Shown here in pieces: positions 19,662-29,914 of a stretch of DNA of 64,000 bases. The stretch is from Patescibacteria group bacterium (lineage in GTDB: Bacteria > Patescibacteriota > JABMPQ01), in assembly GCA_041749335.1 (NCBI GenBank), contig JBGTBM010000008.1:18462-82461 (forward strand), written 5' to 3'. How positions within the stretch are numbered: position 1 is the first letter of the stretch; each line of letters starts with the position of its first letter. A program made the position numbers and the translations under genes. The notes under the pieces were generated by a model. The model was not told where the DNA came from. It ran no database searches and was given only the letters and a program-made list of their open reading frames with translations.

Positions 19662-21452
19662 TTAGTTGGATACTTCGTCTTTACCTTCCGCCAAAAAATC
19701 TTTCGTTAAGCTGGTATTAAGGCCGGCTTCGGTAAATTCAATTTTGTTATTGGTATAGCTATCCATGCCGATAAATTTGATCTCTTTAAGCAGATCCGGA
19801 GTTTTTCCTACATCTTCCGCCCGCGGAGTAATAAACAAATCAAATTCGGCCTGCATATGATTGGCAAATTGCCCGGTATTCGCGGGAATATTTCCAATTT
19901 CCCAGATAACTTTACCGCCTTCAAATTTTAAATCGCCGACAGAAACGCTAATTTTATTCTCCCATTTGGCCAATTCTCCTAAAATAATTTCCACTCGGCC
20001 GTTTTCCACATCATTGGTGCGATTAGCTAAAGTTATGTATATACGGTAGGTGGTTTTTTCGCCCACTTTGGGAGGCAAAGGTCCGGAACCGATTTGTTTT
20101 CCCTGGAAATCATAATATCTGGCTTCCGCCGCTAATGTGATCTGGGTATTTATTTTGGTTGAAATTTCATTGCCTTCAATCACCACTTCTTCATCGCCCG
20201 TTCCTCTTTTGGCCACATGCAAAGGTTTAGCCTTGATGTTGAAATTAGCATCTTCAATATTATCCACTATAATCGGATCAATAATTTTAATCTTGAAAAC
20301 AAAAGCCCCTTCTTGGCCCGGTTCAATGCTTTTTAATTTCTCTATTTTTTCAAAAGACCAAACCGCTTTATTTTCAATTAAATCTCCCTGATCCGTCACA
20401 ATACTGCCTGTATCTAATAAATCAATATGATCCAGTTCCAAGGTTAAAATATTATTTTTCAATGTTTCCGAACCGGTATTTTTATAAAATAATGTATATT
20501 CCAGCATATCGCCAGGATTTTTTGAAGTTTCCTCTACGCCGTTAACCAGTAGCTTTAAATCTCCGGAAATATCGACAGTTTTTACTTTTTTAATCTCTTC
20601 TCCCTGCAAGTAAAATTTGTTATGAGCATCAAATAGCCCGTATCTGGCTTTAAATTCCAACTCATCCCCGGTTTGGCTTGAAATTTTACCCGTAATCTTA
20701 ACTTCCTCGCTTTTACCGGATACTATTTTGGGAAAATCCCAATAATAGCTGGATTTATAATTTGGCGCCGCCGTGATCAATTCAAAATTATTTGGCAGCA
20801 GGGCCTCAATTCTAATATTATTGACATCAAAATCTGTATTGTTTTTAGCCTTAATAATATATTCAAAGTCTTTGTCGTTTTGAACCGTATCCGCAATATT
20901 TATTTCCAAATCAATATCGACGGGATTAATTTTAGTAGATAAATCAACTGTTTGATTAAAATTTGAGCTGACATTCCTGGGTTTATAAATTAAATTCGCC
21001 GCAGTGACAAGCGATGCCCCCACCTCGCCATAGATATCTCCCTTAATTATAACTGACTCGCTTTCACCCGCCCGCAAAAGATCAAATTCCCACTTATTGT
21101 CATTAAAGCTTTTTGATTTAGGATCGCTGCTTTTGAAGATAAAACCGTCGGGATAAATTATACTGATTTCAAGATTTTCCAGATCAATATTTTCGTTATT
21201 TGTGTATTTGATTTCAAAAGTTGCCGTTTCGCCCGCCGTCAATTCGCTCGGTCCGCTGATATCAAAATAGACATTTTCACCGGTGAAAGACTGTTCTTTT
21301 ATTAGAAAAAGCCAAAGCAAAAAAGCGGTCAATAAGCCAATTAAAACTATAACTGCGGTGATAATCAAAATCTTTTTTCTTAATTTATTTTTTTTAATCA
21401 TTACCTGTTCTTGATTTTCAATTTTATTTTCTTCGGTTTTTTCTTCCTGCAT
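19662..21452 (-). CDS. membrane-anchored surface protein with repeated DUF11/CARDB-like beta-sandwich domains
   Basis: N-terminal TM segment ILIITAVIVLIGLLTAFLLWLFLI. Repeated blocks of the type YTNNENIDLENLEISIIYPDGF, KNNTDFDVNNIRIEALLPNNFE and YKNTGSETLKNNILTLELD. Confidence 0.6.
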   Translation of the reverse strand: MQEEKTEENKIENQEQVMIKKNKLRKKILIITAVIVLIGLLTAFLLWLFLIKEQSFTGENVYFDISGPSELTAGETATFEIKYTNNENIDLENLEISIIYPDGFIFKSSDPKSKSFNDNKWEFDLLRAGESESVIIKGDIYGEVGASLVTAANLIYKPRNVSSNFNQTVDLSTKINPVDIDLEINIADTVQNDKDFEYIIKAKNNTDFDVNNIRIEALLPNNFELITAAPNYKSSYYWDFPKIVSGKSEEVKITGKISSQTGDELEFKARYGLFDAHNKFYLQGEEIKKVKTVDISGDLKLLVNGVEETSKNPGDMLEYTLFYKNTGSETLKNNILTLELDHIDLLDTGSIVTDQGDLIENKAVWSFEKIEKLKSIEPGQEGAFVFKIKIIDPIIVDNIEDANFNIKAKPLHVAKRGTGDEEVVIEGNEISTKINTQITLAAEARYYDFQGKQIGSGPLPPKVGEKTTYRIYITLANRTNDVENGRVEIILGELAKWENKISVSVGDLKFEGGKVIWEIGNIPANTGQFANHMQAEFDLFITPRAEDVGKTPDLLKEIKFIGMDSYTNNKIEFTEAGLNTSLTKDFLAEGKDEVSN

Positions 21453-21469
21453 ATTTATTATTATTTATT

Positions 21470-22240
21470 TTACCAGCTGCCTGATGCACCTCCGCCGCCC
21501 GACCGACCGCCGCCGAATCCGCCAAAGGAACCTCCGCCGCTGGAAGAACTCCCTCCGCTGCTAAAACCGCCAAAACCGCCGGAATTGCTTCTCGGAGGCC
21601 AGCTTTTTGAACGAGGCTTAATATTGCTGTTCCCGCTACCTCCCTTTTTAGAAGAGCGGGAAATTATTATGATAAAGACAATGACGACAGCCAGGATAAC
21701 AAAAAATACAATTACCCCACTGTTGCTGTCTGATGGTTCTTCCTCCCCCGTATATTCTCTGCCGATAGCGGCGATCAAGGCATCAACGCCCTTTTCAATC
21801 CCTCGGCTATAATCACCTTGAGAAAAACCGGGAGTAATTTCATTTCTAATTATTGATCCAGCCACGCTGTCCGGCACCGCCCCCTCTAATCCATAACCAA
21901 CCTCAATTCTCACTTTTTTTTCATTTAAAGCCACCAGCAAAAGAATCCCGTTATCTTTATCCTGCTTGCCAATTCCCCATTTTGTGAATAGAGTAACCGC
22001 ATATTCTTCAATGGACGAATCGCCAATCGATTGAATCGTGGCTACGGAAATTTCATTGCCGGTTTGTTTCTCATAATTTTCCAATTTTAATTCCAATTCG
22101 CCTTCATTGTCTATAATTTCCGCAAAATCGCTTACATAGCCCCGCGGCCTTTCAGGATATATGGCTTCCTGCGCAGATACAAAAGAAAAACAAGCTGTGA
22201 ATATTAAAACCGCAAATGATATTTTAATAATTTTTTTCAA
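21470..22240 (-). CDS. TPM-domain (YgcG/TLP18.3-like) protein with TM segment and Gly/Ser-rich tail
   Basis: Signal peptide followed by RGYVSDFAEIIDN...LLLVALNEKKVRIEVGYGLEG, the TPM fold signature. It is adjacent to lemA, as in the canonical LemA-TPM pair. Confidence 0.75.
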   Translation of the reverse strand: MKKIIKISFAVLIFTACFSFVSAQEAIYPERPRGYVSDFAEIIDNEGELELKLENYEKQTGNEISVATIQSIGDSSIEEYAVTLFTKWGIGKQDKDNGILLLVALNEKKVRIEVGYGLEGAVPDSVAGSIIRNEITPGFSQGDYSRGIEKGVDALIAAIGREYTGEEEPSDSNSGVIVFFVILAVVIVFIIIISRSSKKGGSGNSNIKPRSKSWPPRSNSGGFGGFSSGGSSSSGGGSFGGFGGGRSGGGGASGSW

Positions 22241-22251
22241 CGTTAAATAAC

Positions 22252-22839
22252 TTAATTAAATTGCACCTGGGGAACATCTTTAACCGAATCTTCCACCTCA
22301 AAATACTTAAATTCATCAAAGCCGAATATTGAAGCCAGCAAGCTGCGGGGAAATGTTTTGACATGCTTATTAAATACCGTAACATCATCATTGTATCTTT
22401 TTCGCTCCACCGCTATTCTATTCTCTGTGCCCTCTAATTGATCTTGCAGCTTCAAAAAGCTTTGGTCGGATTTTAACTCCGGATAACTTTCCACTACAAC
22501 CATTAGTCGGGAAAGCCCGGATTCTAAACTATTGGCAGCGGTAATTTGTTCATCAATATTGCCTGATTCTCGAGCATCGTTCCAGGAAGATCTTAAACGA
22601 GCCACTTCGGTAAATATGGTTTCTTCTTGAGATGCATAGCCCTTAACGGTTTCCACTAAATTGGGAATCAAATCCGCACGGCGCTGTAATTGATTTTCTA
22701 CCTGCGCCCATTTATTTTTTACGTCTTCTTGCTTCTGCACCATATTGTTATAGGTGCCGATCAAATATCCACCAATGCCAATAATCAATACTACTATCAG
22801 GCCAATGACAATGATGACTATAGCCAAGCCCTTTTTCAT
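22252..22839 (-). CDS. lemA: LemA family protein
   Basis: N-terminal TM segment followed by YNNMVQKQEDVKNKWAQVENQLQRRADLIPNLVETVKGYASQE, the LemA signature. Confidence 0.85.
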   Translation of the reverse strand: MKKGLAIVIIVIGLIVVLIIGIGGYLIGTYNNMVQKQEDVKNKWAQVENQLQRRADLIPNLVETVKGYASQEETIFTEVARLRSSWNDARESGNIDEQITAANSLESGLSRLMVVVESYPELKSDQSFLKLQDQLEGTENRIAVERKRYNDDVTVFNKHVKTFPRSLLASIFGFDEFKYFEVEDSVKDVPQVQFN

Positions 22840-22893
22840 TTTTTTAAATTATTTATTTTAAATTATTGTAGTTATTATATATAAAATATCGTT

Positions 22894-23664
22894 TTATTTC
22901 AAATGATCTACCTTGCGCATGAAATGCAAAGATTTAATATCTTTTTCAATAATAAATTTAATATAATTATTTAATATTTCGCTAATATAATTAATATCCG
23001 CCATATTTACCTCCAACCTCAAGATTAAATTAAAATCATTGCCGCCTAGTACCCGTAATAATTTAAACTGCCCAAAATTTAATTTCAGAGCGGATTTGTC
23101 AAAAGCTTTGCATTTATCGCACACTACGCCGCTAAAAGCATTGCTGAAATAATATTCGGCCGCCACTTTTATCTCGCTATTACAATTTAAGCAGCGATCC
23201 AGCCTGGGAGCAAAGCCTAATAATTTTAACAATTTAAATTTACTGGCCTGGATTAGCAGATTTTCGGATAAATCATTTTCACTGCTTGGCTTGTTTAATA
23301 ATTGAAAAGTCTGGACGCATAAATCAAAAACCCTGGTATCTTTATATTCATCGGGAGTTAATTTATCCAAAATTTCAATTAAATAATAGCCTTTACAGGT
23401 TTTAGACAAACTCCCGCAGATATTAGTAAAGTTATTAAGAGTTTTAACAGATGTTACTGTTGCTAAATTTTTTCCTTCCGCCAACATTAAATCAACTACA
23501 TTAAATATTTCCAAATGCCCTCCCATTTTGGAGCTCGTTCGCCTTACTCCTTTGGCGATCGCTCTAATTTTCCCCATATTCGCGGTAAAAATGGTTAAAA
23601 TCCGGTCGGCTTCCGCATAATCCATTTTTTTTATAATTATCCCCTTGGCGCGATATAAGGCCAT
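22894..23664 (-). CDS. recO: DNA repair protein RecO
   Basis: N-terminal OB-fold region MALYRAKGIIIKK..., C4 zinc finger CLNCNS...CDKC, 256 aa. Confidence 0.8.
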   Translation of the reverse strand: MALYRAKGIIIKKMDYAEADRILTIFTANMGKIRAIAKGVRRTSSKMGGHLEIFNVVDLMLAEGKNLATVTSVKTLNNFTNICGSLSKTCKGYYLIEILDKLTPDEYKDTRVFDLCVQTFQLLNKPSSENDLSENLLIQASKFKLLKLLGFAPRLDRCLNCNSEIKVAAEYYFSNAFSGVVCDKCKAFDKSALKLNFGQFKLLRVLGGNDFNLILRLEVNMADINYISEILNNYIKFIIEKDIKSLHFMRKVDHLK

Positions 23665-23771
23665 AAAATTAATTTATAATTAATAAATAATTTTAGCATA
23701 AAAATTAGACTATCAATAGAGACAGTCTAAATAAAAAACTCCCCCGAACGCGAGAGAGTTTTTATTTTTGT

Positions 23772-24296
23772 TTATTCTTTATCTTTATCTTCTTTTATCG
23801 CTTTTACCACATTGGAATCATCAGTCAGCTTCTCATAAAATAGAATATGCTCCTGGTTTAGCACCATTTTGTCTTCTGGCCCATGAAGTTCCTTGCCTAA
23901 TTTTACTAAAGACAATTCCGGTTGCTGTTCTTGTGATTGATCTTGTAATTCAGGTTGTTCACCTTCTGCCGGTTGCACTTGGGCTTGTTGCTGCTCTTGC
24001 TGTTGCTGTTGCTGATTTAACTGTAGATAGTAGATATCATTCAATTCAGGAAAATCCTTGGATACATTGGATAAGTGTCCGAAATATACCTGGCCATTAG
24101 ATAAAAACACCGCATAATACGCATTCTCATCAATGCCATTTTCGCTGGAAGAGAACTTGTCTTTTATGGTTGGGAATACCATCACGCCCAATAGTATCAC
24201 TACTACAATCACTAAGATAGTTACAACAAGCAACATAATGCTTTTACTGTTGCCCTTAATTGGCGCCGCAGATTTTGGTTTCATGTTTTGCATCAT
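23772..24296 (-). CDS. hypothetical membrane-anchored protein with poly-Gln stretch
   Basis: TM segment IMLLVVTILVIVVVILLGVMVF. The stretch QLNQQQQQQEQQQAQVQ is encoded by a (CAG/CAA)n run at about 23960-24030. Confidence 0.5.
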   Translation of the reverse strand: MMQNMKPKSAAPIKGNSKSIMLLVVTILVIVVVILLGVMVFPTIKDKFSSSENGIDENAYYAVFLSNGQVYFGHLSNVSKDFPELNDIYYLQLNQQQQQQEQQQAQVQPAEGEQPELQDQSQEQQPELSLVKLGKELHGPEDKMVLNQEHILFYEKLTDDSNVVKAIKEDKDKE

Positions 24297-24370
24297 TTTT
24301 TATTTATTATTTTTTTACTGAATAATTATACCAGATTTTTATAATTCGTAAAAATCGCCTGTTGATAACT

Positions 24371-27300
24371 TCAGCTCTTTTTTAAACCGATAATAATCCG
24401 GCTACTATTAATACTGATCTTTTTTTCAATATCGTTATCGGCTGATTTTATATTGTTTAGCGATTCCGCCAAAGTTTCTTTACCGATATAATCGCCGAAA
24501 TTTAAAATAGCTGCCTCAATATCATCATTGGAATCCAATAATTCATAATTTATTACAATTCTGTCATCTACCTGAAAATTGGCCTCTTTGCGTAAATCCT
24601 GAATATATCGCACCAGATCCCGAGCCAAACCCTCTTGTTTCAATTTGGCGGTTATATTCGTATCCAAAACAACAATAAAATATTTATCTGATTCTACGCT
24701 GTAATTGCCTTTGGCTTTATATTCAATTTCAAATTCATCCACGCCCAACTCAAATTTTCCTAAATTTAAAATTCCTTCTTTTAATTTAAATTTTTCCGCG
24801 CGCAGCAATTTCTGCATACTTTTAACTTCTTCTCGATATTTTTCGCCCAAAATCTTAAAATTTAATTTTATTTCGCTGTCGGCATATTCTTCGGCTTGAC
24901 CTTTTTTCGCGATTAATTCCACCGCTTTTACATTTACCTCCGCCAAAAGAATATTTTTCAAATTTTTATCAAGCTCTGTGATACCAAACACAAAAAGTTT
25001 ATTTAAAGGTTGCCTTACTTTAATTTGCGCTTTATCTCGCGCAGCATGAGCCAGACTTGAAATCTTTAGCACTGACCGCATTTGGTCGTTAAGCTTATGA
25101 TCAATCAAGGCGTTTTCATATTTGGGATAATCACATAAATGAATGGATTCCAGATCATTTTTAGATAATCGCCCTAAATTTTGATACATTTCTTCCGTCA
25201 AAAATGGCATAATCGGAGCCAGCATGCGGATAAATATTATTAAAACTTCATAAAGAGTATGATATGCTTGCAATTTATCTTCGTCATTTTTTGATTTCCA
25301 AAAACGCCGCCTTGATCTCCTGACATACCAATTGGCCAAGCTTTCTAGAAATTCTTCCACATAATTCATTGCGGTAAAAACATCATATGATCCAATTATT
25401 TCGGTAAAATTTTTGATAGTTTCATGCAGCAGTGAAATAATATATCGATCTAACTTATTGTTAAGCTTAGAAAAATCTATTTTGCTTTTAGTGGGATCAA
25501 ATTTATCGATATTGGCATACGTGATAAAAAATGAATAAACGTTCCATAATAAAATTATTCTACGGCGATAAGCATCGGCCGGGCCATAACCAAAATTTAG
25601 ATTTTTATAAGGATGAGCGCTGGCATACATATAGCGCATCACATCCACTCCCATTTTTTCCGCTGCGTCGTCAAACCAGATGGCATTTCCCTTTGATTTA
25701 TGCATCTCCTCACCTTTTTCGTCCCTAACCAATGAATGTCCCAAAACAGCCTTGAATGGATTAGTATTTTCCAGCACAGTGCTCATGGCAATTAAAGAAT
25801 AAAACCAATTTTTAAATTGTCCCGGAAAGCACTCTAAAATCAAATCCGCCGGAAACCATTTCTGCCAATATTTCTTGCCGGTTTTTTCTTTACCGTCAAC
25901 ATCAACAATTTTATCTCTGAAATATCCCATGGTGGAATATGGCACAATGCCGGCATCCAGCCAGGGATTGCCAACGTCCGGTATTCTGGAAACGGCCGTA
26001 CCGCAATTTGCGCATTTAATTTTTACCTGGTCGATCCATGGCTTATGAGGGGTATGGCCGTCAAAATCATCCCAGCCTGCTACCGCCCGCTTTTTTAATT
26101 CTTCGCGCGATCCCATCACTTCAAAATGTCCGCACTTTTTACATTCATAAATCGGCAATGCCAAGCCCCAATATCTTTTTTTGGATATTAGCCAATCATG
26201 CATATTTTTCAGCCAATCCAGCTCTTGGTCTTTGCCGAAACTGGGCATCCAATTAATTTTTTTGGTAACTTCCATCATCGGCTGCCTTAATTCATCCATC
26301 GAAATATACCACTCATCCACCACTCGCCAGACCAATTCTTCTTTACAGCGCCAGCAAGTGGGATATCTATGTTTATAATCTTCCAATTTGTATAAAAACC
26401 GACCACCGGCATTTTCTTTCAAATAATTAAAGATTAGCTTGGGATTTTCTTTGGCATTTTTACCAGATAATTCTCCCATGCGCTTTAAATATTTGGCTTC
26501 TTCGTCAATCACGGCAATCACAGAAAGCCGTTGTTCCTTGCTTAAATCAAAATCTTCTTTACCGCAACCCGGCGCAATGTGCACCATGCCCGTACCTTCC
26601 GCTTCGGTTACTAAATCTTCCGCCATAATAACGGTATGGAAAGTATCCGGATTTTCTTGTCGGGCCGCTATAACTAAATCCAAATCATCAAAAGCAGCTT
26701 GGTATTTTAAGCCGGATAACTCCTTGCCCTTTAATTCTTTTATCAGCTTAAAGTTTTGATAATCCTTTTTAAATATTTTTTCCGCCAGCTTTTTTAAAAC
26801 AATAAATTTTTCCTGGGTCTTATTATTCTGATAAATACCATAATCAAATTCCGGGCTCATGGCCACCGCGACATTGGCCGGGATGGTCCAGGGAGTAGTC
26901 GTCCAGACCAACAAATAAGTATTATCAAATCCCGCGGATATAATCGGTAGCTTGAAATAAACCGCAGTATGGACTATCTCTTTGTATTCTTCCGTTAGAA
27001 TTTCATGTTGAGAAATCGCCGTTCCGCAACGAGCGCACCAAGGAACCGAATCCCTTCCCTTATATAAATATTTTTTCTGATGGCATTGTTTTAAAAAATG
27101 CCATATCGCATAATTATTCTCCTCGGACATGGTGTAATACGAATTGTCCCAATCCATAAATTGGCCCAACCTGATTGATTGTTTGGTTTGAATAGCAGAA
27201 AATTTCTTAACTCTTTCCTTGCATTTTTCCACAAACTTATCTACTCCGTATTCTTCAATGTCTTTTTTATTTTTGAATCCCAATTCCTTTTCCACTTCCA

Positions 27301-27592
27301 CTTCCACCCAAAGCCCCTGGCAGTCAAATCCATTTTGAAATCTCTCCTGATATCCCTGCATATTTTTAAACCTCTGAAAAACATCCTTGAGCGTTCTTCC
27401 CCAAGCATGATGCACTCCCATTGGATTATTCGCGGTAATCGGACCATCAAGAAAAGACCAGCTCCGCTTGGAATTTTTATTTTTACACTGGAATTTTTTA
27501 AATATTTTATTTTTTGACCAAAAACGCAAAATTTTATGCTCCATCTTAATAAAATCCTGCCTGGGATCAACTGCTTTAAACATTTTTTTCAT
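24371..27592 (-). CDS. ileS: isoleucyl-tRNA synthetase (type 2, eukaryote/Thermus-like)
   Basis: DGPITANNPMGVHHAWGRTLKDV (HIGH region), ERFQNGFDCQGLWVEVEVEKELGF, KMHKSKGNAIW (KMSKS), zinc cluster CKKCGH...CANCG; 1073 aa. Confidence 0.85.
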   Translation of the reverse strand: MKKMFKAVDPRQDFIKMEHKILRFWSKNKIFKKFQCKNKNSKRSWSFLDGPITANNPMGVHHAWGRTLKDVFQRFKNMQGYQERFQNGFDCQGLWVEVEVEKELGFKNKKDIEEYGVDKFVEKCKERVKKFSAIQTKQSIRLGQFMDWDNSYYTMSEENNYAIWHFLKQCHQKKYLYKGRDSVPWCARCGTAISQHEILTEEYKEIVHTAVYFKLPIISAGFDNTYLLVWTTTPWTIPANVAVAMSPEFDYGIYQNNKTQEKFIVLKKLAEKIFKKDYQNFKLIKELKGKELSGLKYQAAFDDLDLVIAARQENPDTFHTVIMAEDLVTEAEGTGMVHIAPGCGKEDFDLSKEQRLSVIAVIDEEAKYLKRMGELSGKNAKENPKLIFNYLKENAGGRFLYKLEDYKHRYPTCWRCKEELVWRVVDEWYISMDELRQPMMEVTKKINWMPSFGKDQELDWLKNMHDWLISKKRYWGLALPIYECKKCGHFEVMGSREELKKRAVAGWDDFDGHTPHKPWIDQVKIKCANCGTAVSRIPDVGNPWLDAGIVPYSTMGYFRDKIVDVDGKEKTGKKYWQKWFPADLILECFPGQFKNWFYSLIAMSTVLENTNPFKAVLGHSLVRDEKGEEMHKSKGNAIWFDDAAEKMGVDVMRYMYASAHPYKNLNFGYGPADAYRRRIILLWNVYSFFITYANIDKFDPTKSKIDFSKLNNKLDRYIISLLHETIKNFTEIIGSYDVFTAMNYVEEFLESLANWYVRRSRRRFWKSKNDEDKLQAYHTLYEVLIIFIRMLAPIMPFLTEEMYQNLGRLSKNDLESIHLCDYPKYENALIDHKLNDQMRSVLKISSLAHAARDKAQIKVRQPLNKLFVFGITELDKNLKNILLAEVNVKAVELIAKKGQAEEYADSEIKLNFKILGEKYREEVKSMQKLLRAEKFKLKEGILNLGKFELGVDEFEIEYKAKGNYSVESDKYFIVVLDTNITAKLKQEGLARDLVRYIQDLRKEANFQVDDRIVINYELLDSNDDIEAAILNFGDYIGKETLAESLNNIKSADNDIEKKISINSSRIIIGLKKS

Positions 27593-27689
27593 TTGCTTTA
27601 TAAATATTTAGCATAATTTTAACATACTTTATATGTTTAACAAGTATGAATAACACATTGCTCATTATTTTATTGTTCATTTAAAAAAT

Positions 27690-27722
27690 ATAAAAAACCA
27701 TGTTTTATGCATGGTTTTGTTT
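27690..27722 (-). terminator. terminator after the rSAM-GT4-small protein operon
   Basis: aaccatgcataaaacatggtt hairpin followed by a T-rich run on the minus strand, about 70 nt downstream of the 27789 stop. Confidence 0.45.
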
Positions 27723-27788
27723 CTATTAATCATAATGCCTGCGATCTTAAAAACATTGGAGTAATGCAACTTGGCAATAAATTCCTGC

Positions 27789-28025
27789 TCACATCGCATC
27801 CTTAATTTTTTTTATTTTGACTAAATAATTGGGATAAATAATTAGCGATTGGCTGCAATTGGTGCATTCACATTCAAACGGCACCGAATTCTTGCCCACA
27901 ATAATCCATGCTCGGCATTTATTATTTGGACAAGTAATTACTCGAATGCCTAAAAATGTATAAACACAAGAAAAGATAAAAAAAATTGCCAATAATCCCA
28001 ATGCTGCATAACTGACAATGTTCAT
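27789..28025 (-). CDS. small membrane-anchored Cys-rich (zinc-ribbon-like) protein
   Basis: 78 aa with one TM helix, then CPNNKC...CECTNC (six Cys). Strong SD GGAGG 6 nt upstream of the ATG. Last gene of the argS-rSAM-GT4 transcription unit. Confidence 0.55.
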   Translation of the reverse strand: MNIVSYAALGLLAIFFIFSCVYTFLGIRVITCPNNKCRAWIIVGKNSVPFECECTNCSQSLIIYPNYLVKIKKIKDAM

Positions 28026-28057
28026 TCGCCCCTCCTCTGATTTAAAAGTACAAATAA

Positions 28058-29203
28058 TTATTCAAATATTTCTCGATATACTTGCAAAGTTTCTTTGGCG
28101 CATTTTTTCCAACTGAATTTTTTAGCTTGCTGATAACCCTTATTAATCAATTCTTCTCTAAGCGCATCATTATTTAAAACTTTTTTTATTGCTTTGGCAA
28201 TATCTTTTACATCATAAGGATCTGCTAATATGCCTGCATCCCCTAAAACTTCCGGCATTGAGGTAACTTTAGAAGTTATTACCGGAGTGCCCTGTTGCAT
28301 CGCTTCCAATATTGACAAACCGAAGCCTTCATAAAAACTTGGAAAAACAAACAAAGAGGCGGCATTTAGTAGGCTCCACTTATCTTTTTTGGTAACATAA
28401 TCGGTAAAAATCACTTTTTTGGTAAGAGCAAGTTCTCTCACTAAATTATAAACCGGCTCATATTTCCAGCCTTTTCCACCCGCAATTACCAGCTGATAAT
28501 TTTCAAATATTTTTGTGGATCTTAAGCTGTCAAAAGCGCTAATTAATCCTTCAATATTTTTACGTGGTTGTACCGTTCCCACGAATAAAATAAAATCTTG
28601 TTTAATCTCATATTTGTCTTTGACTATTTTGCGGTCTTCCGTCTTAACATCATCAATATCTTTTTTCGGCTCTACTCCATTATATATAACCGCCACCTTA
28701 TCTTCCTGGACTTTAAAATATTTTATTAAATCTTTTTTGGTATATTCAGAAACCGCGATAATTTTTTTGGCTTTTTTGATTGTTTGCGGAACCGCTACGC
28801 GCGTAGAAAATTTTTGTCCCTTGGGAAACCAATCCGGATTATGGTATATGGCTAGATCATGAATGGTAACTACCGCTTTTTTTGAATATGCCAAGGGGAT
28901 TGTGCTGGCCGGCGAATGAAAAATATCGATATTTTCTCGATCAACATAAGCCGCGATCAAGAGATGAGAATAGGCTCCCGGTAAATATTTTTTATAATCC
29001 ACGAATGGGAAAAACTTTATGGTAACATTTTTTTGCTTAAAATGTCCCGCATCCCCAATCTTAGGATCAAAAAACAAAACATACTGATTTTTAGCATCCA
29101 GTTTCAGTAAATTTTCCACTAAAAAATAAGTGTAGTGTCCTACCCCGGCTTGTTCTCCCCTTTTGGGATCTAAAATTGTCCGACAATCAATTCCTATGCG
29201 CAT
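28058..29203 (-). CDS. GT4-family glycosyltransferase
   Basis: MRIGIDCRTI...GVGHYTYFL N-terminus and EGFGLSILEAMQQGTPVITS (E-x7-E GT4 motif). Confidence 0.85.
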   Translation of the reverse strand: MRIGIDCRTILDPKRGEQAGVGHYTYFLVENLLKLDAKNQYVLFFDPKIGDAGHFKQKNVTIKFFPFVDYKKYLPGAYSHLLIAAYVDRENIDIFHSPASTIPLAYSKKAVVTIHDLAIYHNPDWFPKGQKFSTRVAVPQTIKKAKKIIAVSEYTKKDLIKYFKVQEDKVAVIYNGVEPKKDIDDVKTEDRKIVKDKYEIKQDFILFVGTVQPRKNIEGLISAFDSLRSTKIFENYQLVIAGGKGWKYEPVYNLVRELALTKKVIFTDYVTKKDKWSLLNAASLFVFPSFYEGFGLSILEAMQQGTPVITSKVTSMPEVLGDAGILADPYDVKDIAKAIKKVLNNDALREELINKGYQQAKKFSWKKCAKETLQVYREIFE

Positions 29204-29890
29204 TTATTTATAATAATCATACCGCTGATAAAAATCATCTTTTGCACCGACAAATTGCATAGCATAGCCATGGCGGGCGGTGTTTAATATTTTAATCAAT
29301 TTATTAAATTTATCGTTATCAATTTTATATTCGCTGCTTGTTTTTTTAGATTTTCCCTCAGGATTAAATTGAAATATTCGCCACTTGCTAATCCAGGCAG
29401 GAATAATATTTATCATTCCCGGAATATTTTTTAAATTCTTTCTGGTTGCTACTGTTGAAATTATAATCTTAATGTCTTTATTTTTCAACTGCCGCAAGAG
29501 TGAAATAATTTTATTAAAATGCCCATTGGTTCTCATTGCATCGTTGGTTTTAACATCATTCCCATCCAAGGGTAAGTTTATCTGATCTAAGACATCAGCC
29601 GCCTGCCGAATAAAATTAGTAGTAACTAAAACGCCATTTGTGTGTAAAATAGTATATAGGCCTTTTTGCTTGGCATATTTGATAAGCTCAATAATATCAG
29701 ATCGCAGTAAAGGCTCCCCGCCGGTAAAAACCAACGACCTGTATCCCTCCGCAGACAGCTTATTAATATTTCGTCGGGCCGCAGCGGTAGTTAAACATTT
29801 GGATTCGCTGATTGCCGGCCCAAAACAAAATTTACATTTTAAATTACACTGATACTCAACATTCCAAACTGCTATTGAATTTTTAGCCAT
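29204..29890 (-). CDS. radical SAM domain protein (small, no SPASM extension)
   Basis: CNLKCKFC (Cx3Cx2C) at residues 15-22 and GGEPLL glycine-rich SAM motif; 228 aa. Its stop abuts the GT4 start. Confidence 0.75.
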   Translation of the reverse strand: MAKNSIAVWNVEYQCNLKCKFCFGPAISESKCLTTAAARRNINKLSAEGYRSLVFTGGEPLLRSDIIELIKYAKQKGLYTILHTNGVLVTTNFIRQAADVLDQINLPLDGNDVKTNDAMRTNGHFNKIISLLRQLKNKDIKIIISTVATRKNLKNIPGMINIIPAWISKWRIFQFNPEGKSKKTSSEYKIDNDKFNKLIKILNTARHGYAMQFVGAKDDFYQRYDYYK

Positions 29891-29914
29891 TAAATTAAGT
29901 AATTTCCGTAAAAA

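Noticed and set aside
21411-21812. 133-aa Pro-rich ORF on the plus strand
   Set aside because: It is antisense to the Gly/Ser-rich tail of the TPM-domain gene, and reverse-complementing GGN codons gives NCC, which is proline. It has no independent signals, so it is an overlap artefact.
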